Shown here: positions 1-11,878 of the stretch, one piece after another | How positions within the stretch are numbered: the stretch's first letter is position 1 | Layout of the letters: the number at the start of each line of letters is the position of its first letter | Assembly: GCA_051362555.1 (NCBI GenBank) | Contig: CM120643.1 | Location: 4,588,001-4,652,000, forward strand | Direction: 5' to 3' | Length of the DNA: 64,000 nucleotides | Origin: Lingula anatina | Lineage: Eukaryota > Animalia > Brachiopoda | Notes under the pieces: model-generated | The model's input: the letters and a program-made list of their open reading frames with translations, nothing else | Told to the model about the DNA's origin: nothing | The model's database searches: none | Translations under genes and position numbers: made by a program

Positions 1-1220
1 ACCCAGCCAGTTATGATGAATGATTTGTCACTTTTTCTACTCATGTATGCGGACGACATGGTTTTATTCGCTGATTCTGATGAGGGGCTACAGAGTATGT
101 TGAACTCCCTATCAACATATACTGATAAATGGTCTTTAACTGTAAATGTTAGAAAAACAAAAATACTGGTATTTAGAAAAGGTGGTGCTTTAAAAACTGA
201 TGAAGTATGGCTATATAAGGGTCACAAACTGGAAGCAGTTAATGAATTCTGTTACCTGGGTGTCACAATGAATTACAATGGTAAATATTATAAAACCCAG
301 AAACAACTTGCATTACAATGTCGCAAAGCCATGTTCAGTTTGTTTAGAAAGTGTAGTGATATGAGCTTGAACCACACTACCGCTTTATCTTTGTTTGACA
401 CTTATATATCTAGTATCGCTAATTATGGATGTGAAATATGGGGTCACCATCCTGCCCCTGATATTGAAAATGTGCATTTGGACTTTGGGAAATTTATTTT
501 GGGGGTTAAACGTTCAACCCCTGACTCAATGATTTATGCAGAGTTAGGAAGATTCCCTTTGGTAACCAATAGGAAATTAAAAATGGTTAAATACTGGCTT
601 AAACTGAGAAACACAAATAATTGCATTCTAAAAGAATACCTTAAATATTTTGAGTATGAATTCCGGACTAAACCATCCTGTGGCAATTGGTTCTCTAAGA
701 TTCATGATGTTTTTACAGAAACTGGTCTCAATGATTTTTTTCACTATCCAAGTAATTATGATGAAAAATTTATTGTACCTCTAGTATATCAAAAACTAAT
801 GGATATTAAACAACAAGCTATATTGTCAGAGATTAACGATTCGAGAAAGTGCTGGCTCTATAGACATGTCATCGACCGTGTTACTATTCAAACTTATCTT
901 ACAAAATCAATCCCGCTCCAGTTTAAGAAAATGATTAGTAAAATAAGATTATCATCCCATAAACTTGCAATTGAAACGGGCAGATACAGTAAAATCCCTA
1001 TTTCACAAAGAAAATGTTCCTACTGCAATGATGTGGAGGACGAATTCCACTTTATACTGGGTTGCTCTAGTATTTAGATTTAAGAAAAAGGTTCATCAAA
1101 CCTTTCTACTGCAATAGACCCTCGGTGTTCAAATTGGTTCTCCTGCTGAATTCTTCCAGAAAGAAAGTATTATGTAACCTGGCACGATATCTTAGCCAAG
1201 CAGGAAGGCTTCGGCAATGA
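1..1220 (+). pseudogene. LINE ORF2 (RT plus C-terminal zinc finger) with a 1-nt frameshift near 1069
   Basis: Frame is open from base 1. After ...FILGCS a shifted frame continues YLDLRKRFIKPFYCNRPSVFKLVLLLNSSRKKVLCNLARYLSQAGRLRQ to TGA at 1218-1220, as expected for this ORF2 C-terminus. Confidence 0.85.
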
Positions 1221-1312
1221 GATCTAATCTAATTTGATCTAATTTGATCCAATTTGATCTCATTTGATTCAATTTGATCTCATTTGATTCAATTTGATTT
1301 AATTTGATTTAT
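1221..1312 (+). repeat. 10-bp minisatellite (AATTTGATCT variants) in the LINE 3' UTR
   Basis: About 8-9 imperfect tandem copies directly after the ORF2 stop. Confidence 0.85.
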
Positions 1313-2306
1313 TTAAGTAGTTTATTTATTTAAGTACTCATGTATTTAATTTATTACAGGTACTATTATTATTGTTATGATGATTATGATTGCGATTATT
1401 TCTATTATAATTATTCTTTGTAATAACCCTATAGTTGTTGTAACTATAGTCGTTGTAACATTTGTACCAGTACTAGACTGATGGTCCTCAAGAGACCAAG
1501 GTAATAAATAAATGAAGATTACCTGTATCTAGACAAGCTCATGTACACCTGTATTTGAATAAGTACACATATTCTTTACATCAGCGAGTTTCCTAGACAG
1601 AGAAATTTAAGTAGTGGCAGCTGCAGACAGGTTTATAAAGTATATCTATGTATGGAATATGATATTTGTTAGTTTGATCATAGACAACGCAATAACTTGA
1701 CTTTGTTCAAAAAAATTAAGTAGGTAAAAAATCCAAATGCTGTGAGAAACGACTCAAGACTTTACTTGTTGCTTATATTAAACTTTATTTACAACAAACA
1801 GGCCTGTTTTCCGCACTTAAACAGTAGGAGAAGACTAAAAAACACATTTTGACACAATCCAACAATTTAATTGTCTAATGAAAAATGTAATTTTGACACA
1901 AGTCAAGGCGGTTTTAAGTTTGAGCGTAATTTACTTGTGTATCACGAACATAATTAAAAAGCGCGTAATAGGATGGTTAGCAATTTATACAATTGTAAGA
2001 TGTCTTAAAGTTTCCCCGTGAACCATCACGACGAGAGACCAAGAAGATTTTAAACTTTGAAATCTTTTTACTTCTGAATATTTTGACTTTTATGCCTAGT
2101 TTTCGCTTAAAAAAAGAGAAAGAAAATATCCCAATAAAAGTCACCCTAGTCGAACCAGATAAATAGAAGTGCAGTCAAAATCTTAATGGAAGACTTAGAC
2201 ACGTACGCATATTTTTACATCATGCGATTTTCACCCAAAAGCTGGGACGAATGCAGTGCATCTCTGAGGCGCGTTTACTATCTATTTTTCACTTGTGGAA
2301 TGATTG

Positions 2307-2518
2307 GCTCTATTCCCATAGATTTTAGATCGATCTATCCCCGCGGGGAATCTCACTAGATTACTTTCAGATAATCCGACTTAAATGTCCGTCCCGCCTA
2401 CTACAAGCTGTAAGAGGGTAATTAACTTTCGTGTCCGCCCGGCTGACAGCTATTTAGCGTGAACCCCCAGAGAGTTAGGTCGATCTTAAGTGGGTCGATC
2501 TAATCTATGGAAATGGGG
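2307..2518. mobile_element. MITE-like element, ~210 bp
   Basis: Imperfect ~27-bp terminal inverted repeats (ctctattcccatagattttagatcgatc versus ggtcgatctaatctatggaaatgggg), flanked by the direct repeat TGATTG at 2301-2306 and 2519-2524. Confidence 0.65.
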
Positions 2519-3834
2519 TGATTGTGTTAGTGCAGAAAATTTCTTTCACACCAGATGACAAGTGAAAACTTTAATAAGATTTGTTAAGCATCATTAATTA
2601 TCATTAAGATCATCATCATTACAAATCTCTGATATGAGCATCACTTCCGGCCAGTCATATATTACTTCAGGAGACCTTATTTGCATATAAGAGAAAAAAT
2701 GATTTTTGTCTGATTTTGGCTTGTTTCCAATTTTTTCATTACTTTCAAAAAGTAATGTCCCCTTAGGCTCACAAATCGGAACACTTTTGAGTCATGTGCA
2801 CTGATTGTAAATTGTGTAATTAGAATTTTTTTTAATATCACAGACGTGTATCACGTTTTCACTCCACAGCCATAAAACTCATTGATAGCTGCATGGGTAT
2901 AAAAGTAGGTCAATTGCCTGTATAAAACTGCCATACGATTATTGATTTTTTAGTGTGGACCGTTTTAGGGGGGAGACAGAAGTGGAAAATGTATCAAGAT
3001 GCCAGCAAAATATTCTGGATGCACGGGGCTACTGAAAAACAAAGTATGTTGCAAAATTTTACAGAAAAGAGTAAAACTAGTCCATATCTCCAGATTCACC
3101 ATGTAGAACTTTATACATGCCACGGTTCCTCTCTATTTCATCTGACTCTCCCTAAAATGTTTTACACCGCGTTAACTGTTCAGCTCCCGGGATGCGCATA
3201 GCATCCAGCGTGGTGGCAGACGCTGATGCTCTGCAGACGACTCATTGCATTCACACAAGGGGGTAAAGGTTTTCTAATGAAATGCTGTATTTTATTACAT
3301 ATGACGAATTGCGTGATAAAGGAAGGAAAATTGGCTTTTTTTTAAATTTATGTTGACTAAGTGTAATACAAGACACTGATATTTCTTCTCATAATTGACA
3401 GAATAAAGAAACGCAGAAGGACATAACCTATCTCCCCTTACATGGCATATCCTATCTGTGAACTTGATCTACTTTATCATTCACTCCTACAAACGCTGTG
3501 TGGTATCAGTAGAAAGGGGGCGTATTTTTTTTTTTGGGGGGGGGGGAATAATTTTACTGCAGCGTTATGTTTTTACTCATATTTTACTCATTTTATATAT
3601 TATATAATAAAACATTTTTTAAAGAAATTCATAGACCTGAATTAAGAGCGTTGGCGACGGTTTTGTATCCAAGCCCACAGCTGTTAATTATGCTGGTCTG
3701 CACATTCCGTACTTTATTACAATTTTGATCTGATTTGTTTCTTTGATGATGATTTAGCTAGGACAACAGTTTACCGACGCACAACTTTAAGCATTGGATT
3801 TGCCGCCCGCCCCCCCATCCCCTTCGTGCCTGGC

Positions 3835-3835
<1 letters not shown>

Positions 3836-3871
<36 letters not shown>
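3836..3871. repeat. (TG)n microsatellite
   Basis: Direct observation. Confidence 0.95.
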
Positions 3872-3875
<4 letters not shown>

Positions 3876-4302
3876 GTGCGGGCGCACTCACGTGCGTCGT
3901 ATAGAAAAATAATTCTAACATTTTTCCTCTCTCTTTGTTTTAGTAAGTCTTTCGATGAACACGAAAATCGAGTCAACACCTGTGCTTATCATACTTTATG
4001 GGTACAATTGGGACGAGAAAAGTAAAGAGATGTAGCTACTCCGAGCACATATTTTTAAGCGTAAGTTGTGTGTGTAAAAGAGAGAAAAAAATATCGTATC
4101 GTAACCGCAAATATTTCACAGCGTAGTGGATGTAAAAGAGAGAAAAAAAATCGTACCGCAGCAGGGTGTTGTAAAAGATTTTAAATCCTTTAATCATTTT
4201 GAAAAATGACAGAAAAGGAATTGTGTTAAAAAAGAACCTGTCGCCGCTATTTACAGCACCTTTTTTTATGATAATACATGTAACATGGCTATAGCAATAG
4301 TA

Positions 4303-4700
4303 CAAGTAAGATAAGATAAAGTAAGAATTTATTCAGCCTATAAAAATATTTAAATATAAATATCGGCAATCGTTATCCTTTGAGAGATAAAACTAAGATA
4401 AAACACTGGACAATAAAAAAATTATGAACTAGGCCTAAAAGTGGAATTAATAAGATTTAAAAGAACTTCTTAAAACCGTTACTGCCCTTAAAAGTCGGAA
4501 GTCTACTATTGCTGGATAAAAATTTGAAAAGAGAACATCCTGGGTGGGTGGGATCCCCATAATTCATTTTGTTGTTTTCTCCATTCTGTCTTTAGTGATA
4601 CCATCCATTTGGGGGAGATCTCTTCCAATTATTTTACTGGTAATGTTAATAACGTTGGGGTGTTTTCCCCGTTCCTCCACTGTAGCCACCAGATGCATTA
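4303..4700 (-). mobile_element. Degenerate 3' fragment of a Rex1/Babar-like LINE
   Basis: Minus strand reads INITSKIIGRDLPQMDGI...(stop, frameshift)...DPTHPGCSLFKFLSSNSRL, matching the SKIIG-LP / DPxHP / LPS-RR C-terminus of this group. It ends in AATAAA plus a (TCTTA)n-like tail at 4303-4335. Confidence 0.7.
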
Positions 4701-5908
4701 AATGTTAAATACTCTCAATATAGAAGTATATATATTGAAGCTCGGATTGCATTTAACAACTATAATGTAGATCTTTCAAGGTTCATCAATATATATATAC
4801 TCCTATTTTTATCAATATCTATACGGTGGATCAACATGAATACTCTCAATATTACACGTATAAAAGTTAATTAAAACGGGCTCATTATCTGTAAAAGTTG
4901 CAAGTGATCTAGAAAGCCGTTGTCGTCTAAAGCAATACTTCACTTTTAATGTGAAGTCCTAGAAGTTTGAACTATATATCTATTGTATATAAACATGAAC
5001 ATAATGGAATATTAATGCAAAACTGAAGTTGTCAGTAATTGAGCCGTGAAATGTCCATATAATTTAGCGTGATCTGTGAAGCACCTCATTCCCGTGGCTC
5101 GTAAATGCGGCTTTTTATTCTTTGTCCTTCGTGAAACAAAGCCTTATACCCGGCAATTCGTTACCCGCTACTAGGGCCGCAGTTATTATTGTGGACTTTT
5201 TTTGCTGACTGAGAGCCAAAATGACTGTCTATATTTATCTAGAGACATATCTGTGAATATCTGTGGAAAATCTATCTGTTGCCCTGGTAGAGGGTAGAAA
5301 TTCTCAGGATTTGCAGGATTCAATTCTCAGATAATTTTCAGGATTTTCAACTGGTATTGTCAGTGTTATATGCATAAAGTTTTGTTTCCTGTGATTTGTA
5401 AATTAATGATTTTCTTTCCCATGAACTATGATCACCCCTCCCTAATGGTACCCTCAATTAAGAAAAGAAAGAAAAACAAAACTCATTTGATTACAAAAAA
5501 TTAATATATTATCATAAAATTAAGAGAATGACATTTTGCAGTTTTTAACTGGCTTCTTCAGAGGCAATGATAGTTCTGCACTGACGACCCTGAAAAATAA
5601 AAGATGAAAATATTACAATGTAATTCAGTTAAAATGTGTATTCATTTAGGTGTAAATGGATGTTGACAGTAACTCTACAACAACCAGCTCCTGGCTGCTA
5701 TTATATAATTACTGCTTTCATGTACAGTTTTACCAGCTGTTTGACATAATTTTCCTCTAAAAAAACTGAAAGCTTACTTAGTTATGATACCATCAAAACA
5801 AAGAGACAAACAAAAAGAACTTCTCTGTAAATGTATAATAAATGTATTCTTTTAAAAATACTGTTGACTTTTCTTCATTTCTTAATGTCTGAAGAGTTAA
5901 GAATTTAA

Positions 5909-5958
5909 TTAATAATAATAACAACAACAACAACAACAAAAACAATAATAATAATAAC
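5909..5958. repeat. (AAT)n/(AAC)n compound microsatellite
   Basis: Direct observation. Confidence 0.9.
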
Positions 5959-6232
5959 CATTTATGTCCTTGGCCTGCGTCTGAAGCAAGACGTGAACAG
6001 ATTCAATAGCCTCCTCCACCTAGATTGGCGGCGATTCTTTGGAGCTGAAATGTATAATACAATATTCCTTACTAAGAATATATAAGAATATAATGTTCAA
6101 TAAATAGTCAATGCAATATCATATTTCGTGTATGAAGCTCAAATGAACACTTTTACCAGTATTTGGAATAAACAAAATTGCCAAGTATCATTTTAAACTT
6201 GCCAAAAGCACAAACTGTGTTGGCACAACATA

Positions 6233-6235
<3 letters not shown>

Positions 6236-6296
<61 letters not shown>
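6236..6296. repeat. (GA)n(GT)n compound microsatellite
   Basis: Direct observation. Confidence 0.95.
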
Positions 6297-6298
<2 letters not shown>

Positions 6299-7950
6299 AT
6301 GCACAATCACATTCCATCAGTGTAATAAATAGACCCCTATTCTATTGACCCTACTGTCTTACCTCTCTCCTTCACATCCACTGTCACAGGTTTTGTGTCT
6401 TTGATATTGACTGAAGAAAGACAGGAAAACAAATGAAACATTTCATACCTGTGCACAACAAGAATTCAATACATTACTTTACAAAGACATCGATTCATTC
6501 AAAGATTTAGATCACTGAACAGAGAATTTAAACTCAGTGTTTGTGCATGAAAGTCTCCCCCCTAAAGTCCATCTGTGTGTGTTTACATTTTTAAGTGTGT
6601 TAAATGAATTCCCATTAAATTGTCCTAAGCTTATTGCCTTACCTTTTTCTTTGATGCCCTCAGCATCTGACACACTCTTTGTGTCTTTGATATTGGCTAA
6701 AGAAAAAATGATATCAAATAAAAACTTAACATTCCATATCTGTGCATGTTCAAATAGGATTCAGTATTACAATTTATGGAAGACACATTCAAATCTTTAA
6801 ATGACTTAAAAATAAATCATCTTCTTAAGTATGCTAAAGACTTTGCTTGAGCAGCATGCTTGTGGTGTGTATGTGCGTGTATGTGTGTTTGTTAGTGTAT
6901 GTGTGTGTGCATGCATGTTTCATAAGTATATTAAAAGTCATAACTATTTTACTGAGATTCCTGTCTTACCTATCTCCTCAATACTTAGGGTCTTTACAAG
7001 TGTTACATTGTTCTTGTCTTTCAGTTTGGTATCAACTGTGTGTGTGTGTGTGTGTGCATGAACATGCACTATTACATGTCATCAATGTAGTAAATAGATC
7101 CCTATTCTATTGACCCTGCTGTCTTACCTCTCTCCTTCACGTCCTCTGTCACAGTAATTGTTGTGTCTTTGACATCAACTGAAGGAAAAAAAGAACACAA
7201 ATTCAACATTCCATGCCCATGCACAACAAGGATTCAATACCATAGTCAAAGATGTATTCAAGGATTTAGATCACTGAACAGGGAATAAAAACACAATGTT
7301 TGTAAGGGCTGGATCTTGTGAGATTTTCTGACAGTCTTGCAAATTATGTTTGTTGATCCATCCTCCATTGTGGACTGTCTTCTGACAAAAAAATTAAATC
7401 CCCATCAATGTAAACTTCTAACCATCTTGCAGAAGACCCAGAAGATGGCCTCAATTTGCCCCTGTTTGTGTCTGAGAGCCTGTTTGTGTGTGTATAATTT
7501 TTTAAGTGTGTTAAATAAACACCTGTTAAATTGACCTTACTGTCTTACCTCTCTTCTCGCTGCCCTCAGCATCTGACACACTCTTTGAGTCTTTGAAATC
7601 CACTAAAGAAAAAATGATATTTTAATAATATTTTAATATTTAAAAATACAAACTTAACATTCCATATCTGTGCATGTTCAAAAAGGATTCTGTAGGCCCA
7701 TTACACTTTGATGAAGACACATTCAATGATTTAACTGACTTGAAAATAAATAAATAATCTTCATAAGTATGCTAAAAAATGCTTGCAGTGTGTATGTACA
7801 TGTGTATGTGTGTTTGTTAGTGTATGTGTGTGTGCAAGTGTATAAAAGTTCATTATTATTTTACTAAGATTCCAGCCTTACCTAGTTCCTCAATGCTTAG
7901 GGTCTTAACAATTGCTACATTATTCTCTTCTTTAGTATCACCTGAAAGAA
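6270..7950 (-). repeat. Diverged tandem duplication of a three-micro-exon cassette with its introns
   Basis: Paralogous exon pairs: 60/66 nt (KTLSIEEL/KTLSIEEI), 54/54 nt (KSVSDAEG) and 51/48 nt (DVKER). Flanking introns also match, e.g. cctattctattgaccct at ~6336 and ~7101. Confidence 0.9.
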
Positions 7951-8598
7951 CAGAATTGAATTTTAAGGAATACCATTTATGTGAGTATGTTGGAGTATGT
8001 TGGAGACAAAGAGAAGCGTGTTAGTCTGTTAATCTGATTGTATTCAGTGAGAGTTTCCATGGAGTTAGTGCACATTAGCTAGGTCTCCAAATTCATTGCC
8101 AACAGCCCCTGAGGATCCAGACTTGCACCCTGAGAGTCAGGGTGTTGTTGTAATTTTATTTCATGAATCCTTCCTAAAAGATAAAAAATGCATCAAGTTG
8201 ATTGAATAGAGCAATGGTGTGGACTTACCACTTGTGTGGACTTCAGGCTTGTACATGTAGTCCCACTCTGGAATAAGATGAGACATTTATTTATTATTTA
8301 CAAGTTATGATATACACTAAAATAAAGTCTTAAATGTATTTGACAATATTAAAGGACCATTTCATCATTTTTCTACAGTTTTTTATGGGATAGTGAGATT
8401 TCCAAATGTTGTACATGACAGATTTAAAAGGTTACGAGAATTATGAGTTCAAGCACCTTTTATTTCCATGTCCAGTTCTTCCCAAGTACAGGTCACTTCC
8501 ATGCTGTCCTTAGTGGTCACCTGGAGGCACCTGTTCCTAAAGGGTTCAGGCTCCCATGTCCAGCCAGACCCACGGTGGTAAGGCTGAATAAATTTAAA

Positions 8599-8672
8599 GA
8601 ATGAATGAATGAATGAATGAATGAATGAATGAATGAATAAATGAACGAATGAACAAACAAACAAACAAATAA
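8599..8672. repeat. (GAAT)n microsatellite grading into (AAAC)n
   Basis: Direct observation; intronic, next to the acceptor at 8584-8585. Confidence 0.95.
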
Positions 8673-9429
8673 ATTACTTGATGATATGTTAATGTCTAAA
8701 ATGAAAAGTAAAATGTTAATATATACAATAAATGATAGATCAAATACACCAGAAGAAATGAATGAAGGTATGAATAAATAAATACTTAAACGTATAGGAT
8801 TTTAATTTTTCTTTTCAATTTGAAAGATTATCATTTTTACCTCAGATCATTATTTTTGTAAAAAAAAAAAAGTTTCATACTTACATTTGTGGCTTAATGA
8901 ATTTCCATACCATATTTGAGCCCTTGGGCAGGAGAAACTCTGCCCTGAGAGATGGGACTCCCATATCAGTGAACCTTGACAGGTTCACTCCTCACTGGGG
9001 GTCCCATCCCCCGAGGGCAGTTCCCCTGCTCACCACTTTTGCTTTCAATAAATTGTGTTTTAAAACAATTCTGACTGTGGCCATGGCTGCTAAAAATAAA
9101 AAGAAGAAATAAAATAAAACAGAAAGAAATCCTATCAATATATCTTTTTGATATTTACACTACAGACATTCAAATTGATCACTGGGATAATAACTGTTCG
9201 TCTTGGCCAAAAAATGAATTTTCCTGGAGTAAACAAATTTCCCATACTTACCAATGGTTAATGAATCCATTTTTACATTCAAAGTTAGTCCCTGTTTTTT
9301 TTCCTAAAAAGTTTTTTTTTGTTATAATTTCATATTACAGAGTAAAGCCATCTATGGAGTTCACGTGGTCCGCTGACAAGCTCAGATATCAGAATAATAG
9401 CTATAGCTGCTGTTTTTGAGGTAAAACGG

Positions 9430-9496
9430 ATTATATTATATTATATTATATTATATTATATTATATTATATTATATTATAATTTATTATATTATAT
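9430..9496. repeat. (ATATT)n pentanucleotide repeat
   Basis: Direct observation. Confidence 0.95.
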
Positions 9497-10099
9497 ACGA
9501 GTTGTTCACAATGTATTTATTGTAAAATATAGATCTCATACAAAGAGTTAATTATTATCCCTTTAATTAATGTGAATAAAGAAAGATATATATCTATCTT
9601 ATTTTCATATTATGAGCAAATAAAATGTTTTTTTTATTATTTTAAGTAACAAAAAAATAATTGCAAGAGTAGTTTTAGGCCCATACTGTATTATAAAACA
9701 CATACAGTCTGATTATACAAACACACACACAACTCACGAGCACACTATTCTTCTTTATTAATTTCAATTCCCATATCTGCTGTCATCTGCAATATGTACA
9801 ATAAATAAATGAAATCATGTTAAACAAGATACAAATCATGGAGTTCTGTATCTTAATTTGGTAGTTTGTGATGTATGCATTTGTACCATTATCAGAATGA
9901 TCAGCAAAACGTGTGACATGAATTTTTTAAGAATAAAAATCAACCACATAAAAAATCATGAACAGGTAAAAAGGCGCTGTGTGGGCTTACATTGAACTTG
10001 CTGCAGAATTTCAGTATTGAATAAAAAATAAAACTCACCAGCGACTGTGTAGACATTGTCTCTTTGCTTTGTTTACTAAAACAATAAACAGGAATAATT

Positions 10100-10400
10100 A
10101 TTGTATAAAAGAATTTCATTGGACGGTTCCTGTATTGTTTCCTTAACTTTAAACCAATCAGATTGACACTTCCTTGAAGCTCTCGACCTTGAGTCTTTCT
10201 ACTAAATATCGCAATATATATCACCCTGGTCATATCTATTGCGGTTCCAGAACTCTCTCCCTCCTCGCACGAGTTTCTTAGAAAGCAGGCGGTGAACCTG
10301 TTGCTGATACTGGCCGCAGTCCTTTACAAATCCTAAGTCTCACCTCTTGCATAGCGCCATCTATACTAAACAATTTTTATAGGGCGTAGACTAGGCAAAG
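10100..10400. promoter_or_regulatory. Putative promoter of the CBM20-like gene, possibly bidirectional
   Basis: Locally CpG-richer; consensus CCAAT box AACCAATCAG at 10152-10161; TAGCGCCATCTA (YY1/CTCF-core-like) at 10352-10363; lies just upstream of the first coding exon. Confidence 0.45.
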
Positions 10401-11052
10401 GGTGACGCTGAAAAGTCGGAATTTTCATCAAACGTTCTGCACACTGAGTTTCACCATACATCAGGACACTTTTCTTAGATGGTTTTGTTATAGATTCTAT
10501 TGACAAACTTAATCGGTGAATTCAGGATGAGACATCTAAAGTGACGGACACATATGGTATCGACTGTGTCAGTTGTTCACTGTTCACATCACGATGCAAT
10601 GTGCTGGTGAAGATTTTACAAAATGCTTCAGAATGTTGACGCTGCAGATTAAAACGCTCTTGGAGATTTAGCAAGATTGCACGCAGTCATCTAGTTCAGT
10701 TTTGTCATTCCCTTTTCATCTGCAATTACCCAATGCCTTATGAAGGTGAGGAAATAAAATGAAGAACTAGCGTTATTCCTTCTTATATAATTTTTAAGTG
10801 GGCCTTTTTCTTGTTTCTTTTGAGTCATCAGTCGAAATAGTAATATATATGAACTTAACTATGAATAACTAAAACTTCCCATGGCGTGTCCACTTACGTG
10901 AACTAGCACTACCATCCTGAGTTTCAGAAAGCACCATAAACCCACCTCTTTAATATCACTACTGGTACAGTGTATGCTTGAGCGTTGACTTACAACAACA
11001 CTTTTTTTGGAAAATTTATTTTTATAAAGTATTTCTTTGCAGTTTATTTGAT

Positions 11053-11501
11053 ACTTGGACATAATAAGAGAAGGACATGAAACGCTGAGCAAGATCAAAG
11101 GATAATCAGCTTTATGCGAGCTCTTTGCAAAACCATGTGCATTCGGATCACATGACCTCCTGTACAGGTAGCGAGCATATCGCAGTTGTCAATGACCTTT
11201 TGTGTCATTGGGGCAGGTAGTTGGCGATAACTTGAGTCAATCCTTCGGGTGGATAAAGACAATAAACTTAAAGAGATTTACTTAAAAGTATAAATACAAT
11301 TTGTTCTGTCAATTTGGAAGCTGTGTGAGAATTTGACATGTTTGTTCATGAAGGAATTCAAAATGCCCTTTGTGGTAAAGGCAATCTTGTTTTGAGCTAT
11401 CAAAACAGCTTATCTGAGACAATGGGCAAATGTTTACCCGAACGCACATAGCTTCAAAGGAAGATGCCGCGTTTCACGTCCTTTCCTTTTTATGTCCAAG
11501 T
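11053..11501. mobile_element. MITE / non-autonomous DNA transposon, ~449 bp
   Basis: TIRs acttggacataataagagaaggacatgaaacgc versus the reverse complement acttggacataaaaaggaaaggacgtgaaacgc; 5-bp direct repeat TTGAT at 11048-11052 and 11502-11506. Confidence 0.8.
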
Positions 11502-11587
11502 TTGATGTAAGTCTAATATTCTGGATCTTGAGGAAAAACCCTGGTCATTGACTATTTTTTCTTTTCCAGTTCATCATCTGACTCCAC

Positions 11588-11878
11588 ACTACACTGTACT
11601 ACACTGTACTATGAGGCACAGGACTATACTGCCACAATGGAACACAATGACTCCAGACTACTACACTGTACTAGGAAGCAGAGGACTATACTGCCACAAT
11701 GGAACACAATGACTCCAGACTACTACACTGTACTTGGAAGCAGAGGACTATACTGCCACAATGGAACACAATGACTCCAGACTACTACACTGTACTAGGA
11801 GGCACAGGACTATACTGCCACAATAGAACACAATGACTGCAGACTACTACACTGTACTAGGAGGCACAGGACTATATT
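11588..11878. repeat. 62-bp minisatellite, ~4.7 copies
   Basis: gccacaat recurs at 11631, 11693, 11755 and 11817 (period 62). Confidence 0.95.

Larger units (their letters stand above)
1..1512 (+). mobile_element. 3' part of a non-LTR retrotransposon (LINE), most like RTE-X; runs off the left edge
   Basis: ORF 13-1077 has the RT motif LMYADD, YLG thumb region and C-terminal HKLAIETGRY...CSYCNDVEDEFHFILGC. It is followed by an AT-rich 3' UTR, a small stem-loop (tggtc-ctcaaga-gacca, ~1481-1498) and a TAAA-type tail (~1502-1512). Clade assignment is from motif recall. Confidence 0.88.
5962..10056 (-). pseudogene. Multi-exon gene, probably disrupted: CBM20-like starch/glycogen-binding domain, micro-exon linker, basic amphipathic C-terminus
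   Basis: GT-AG exons: 10056-10039 (MSTQSL), 9303-9252, 9089-8885, 8583-8457, 8267-8229, 7941-7882, 7602-7549, 7178-7128, 7035-6970, 6696-6643, 6410-6363, 6044-5962 (APKNRRQSRWRRLLNLFTSCFRRRPRT*). Exons 3-4 read GTALGGWDPQ*GVNL...LLPKGSNMVWKFIK / GWTWEPEPFRNRCLQV...VTCTW, the LGxW, LPxG, KF, WE, NR pattern of CBM20. In-frame TGA at 8994-8992 and a phase 2/0 mismatch across 8885/8583; all other junctions are in phase. Confidence 0.72.

Noticed and set aside
2953-4305. Short ORFs at 2953, 3442, 3758, 3840 and 4036
   Set aside because: Low-complexity or microsatellite translations without recognisable motifs.
5171-5288. Tiny hAT-like element (tagggccgcag ... ctgttgccctg)
   Set aside because: The inverted match is short and imperfect, and there is no 8-bp TSD.
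8992-8994. In-frame TGA as selenocysteine
   Set aside because: The position corresponds to K/R in CBM20, CGA>TGA is the simpler explanation, a second lesion lies nearby and I saw no SECIS.
6537-9112. Plus-strand ORFs in the track
   Set aside because: They are antisense shadows of the minus-strand exons and TG repeats.
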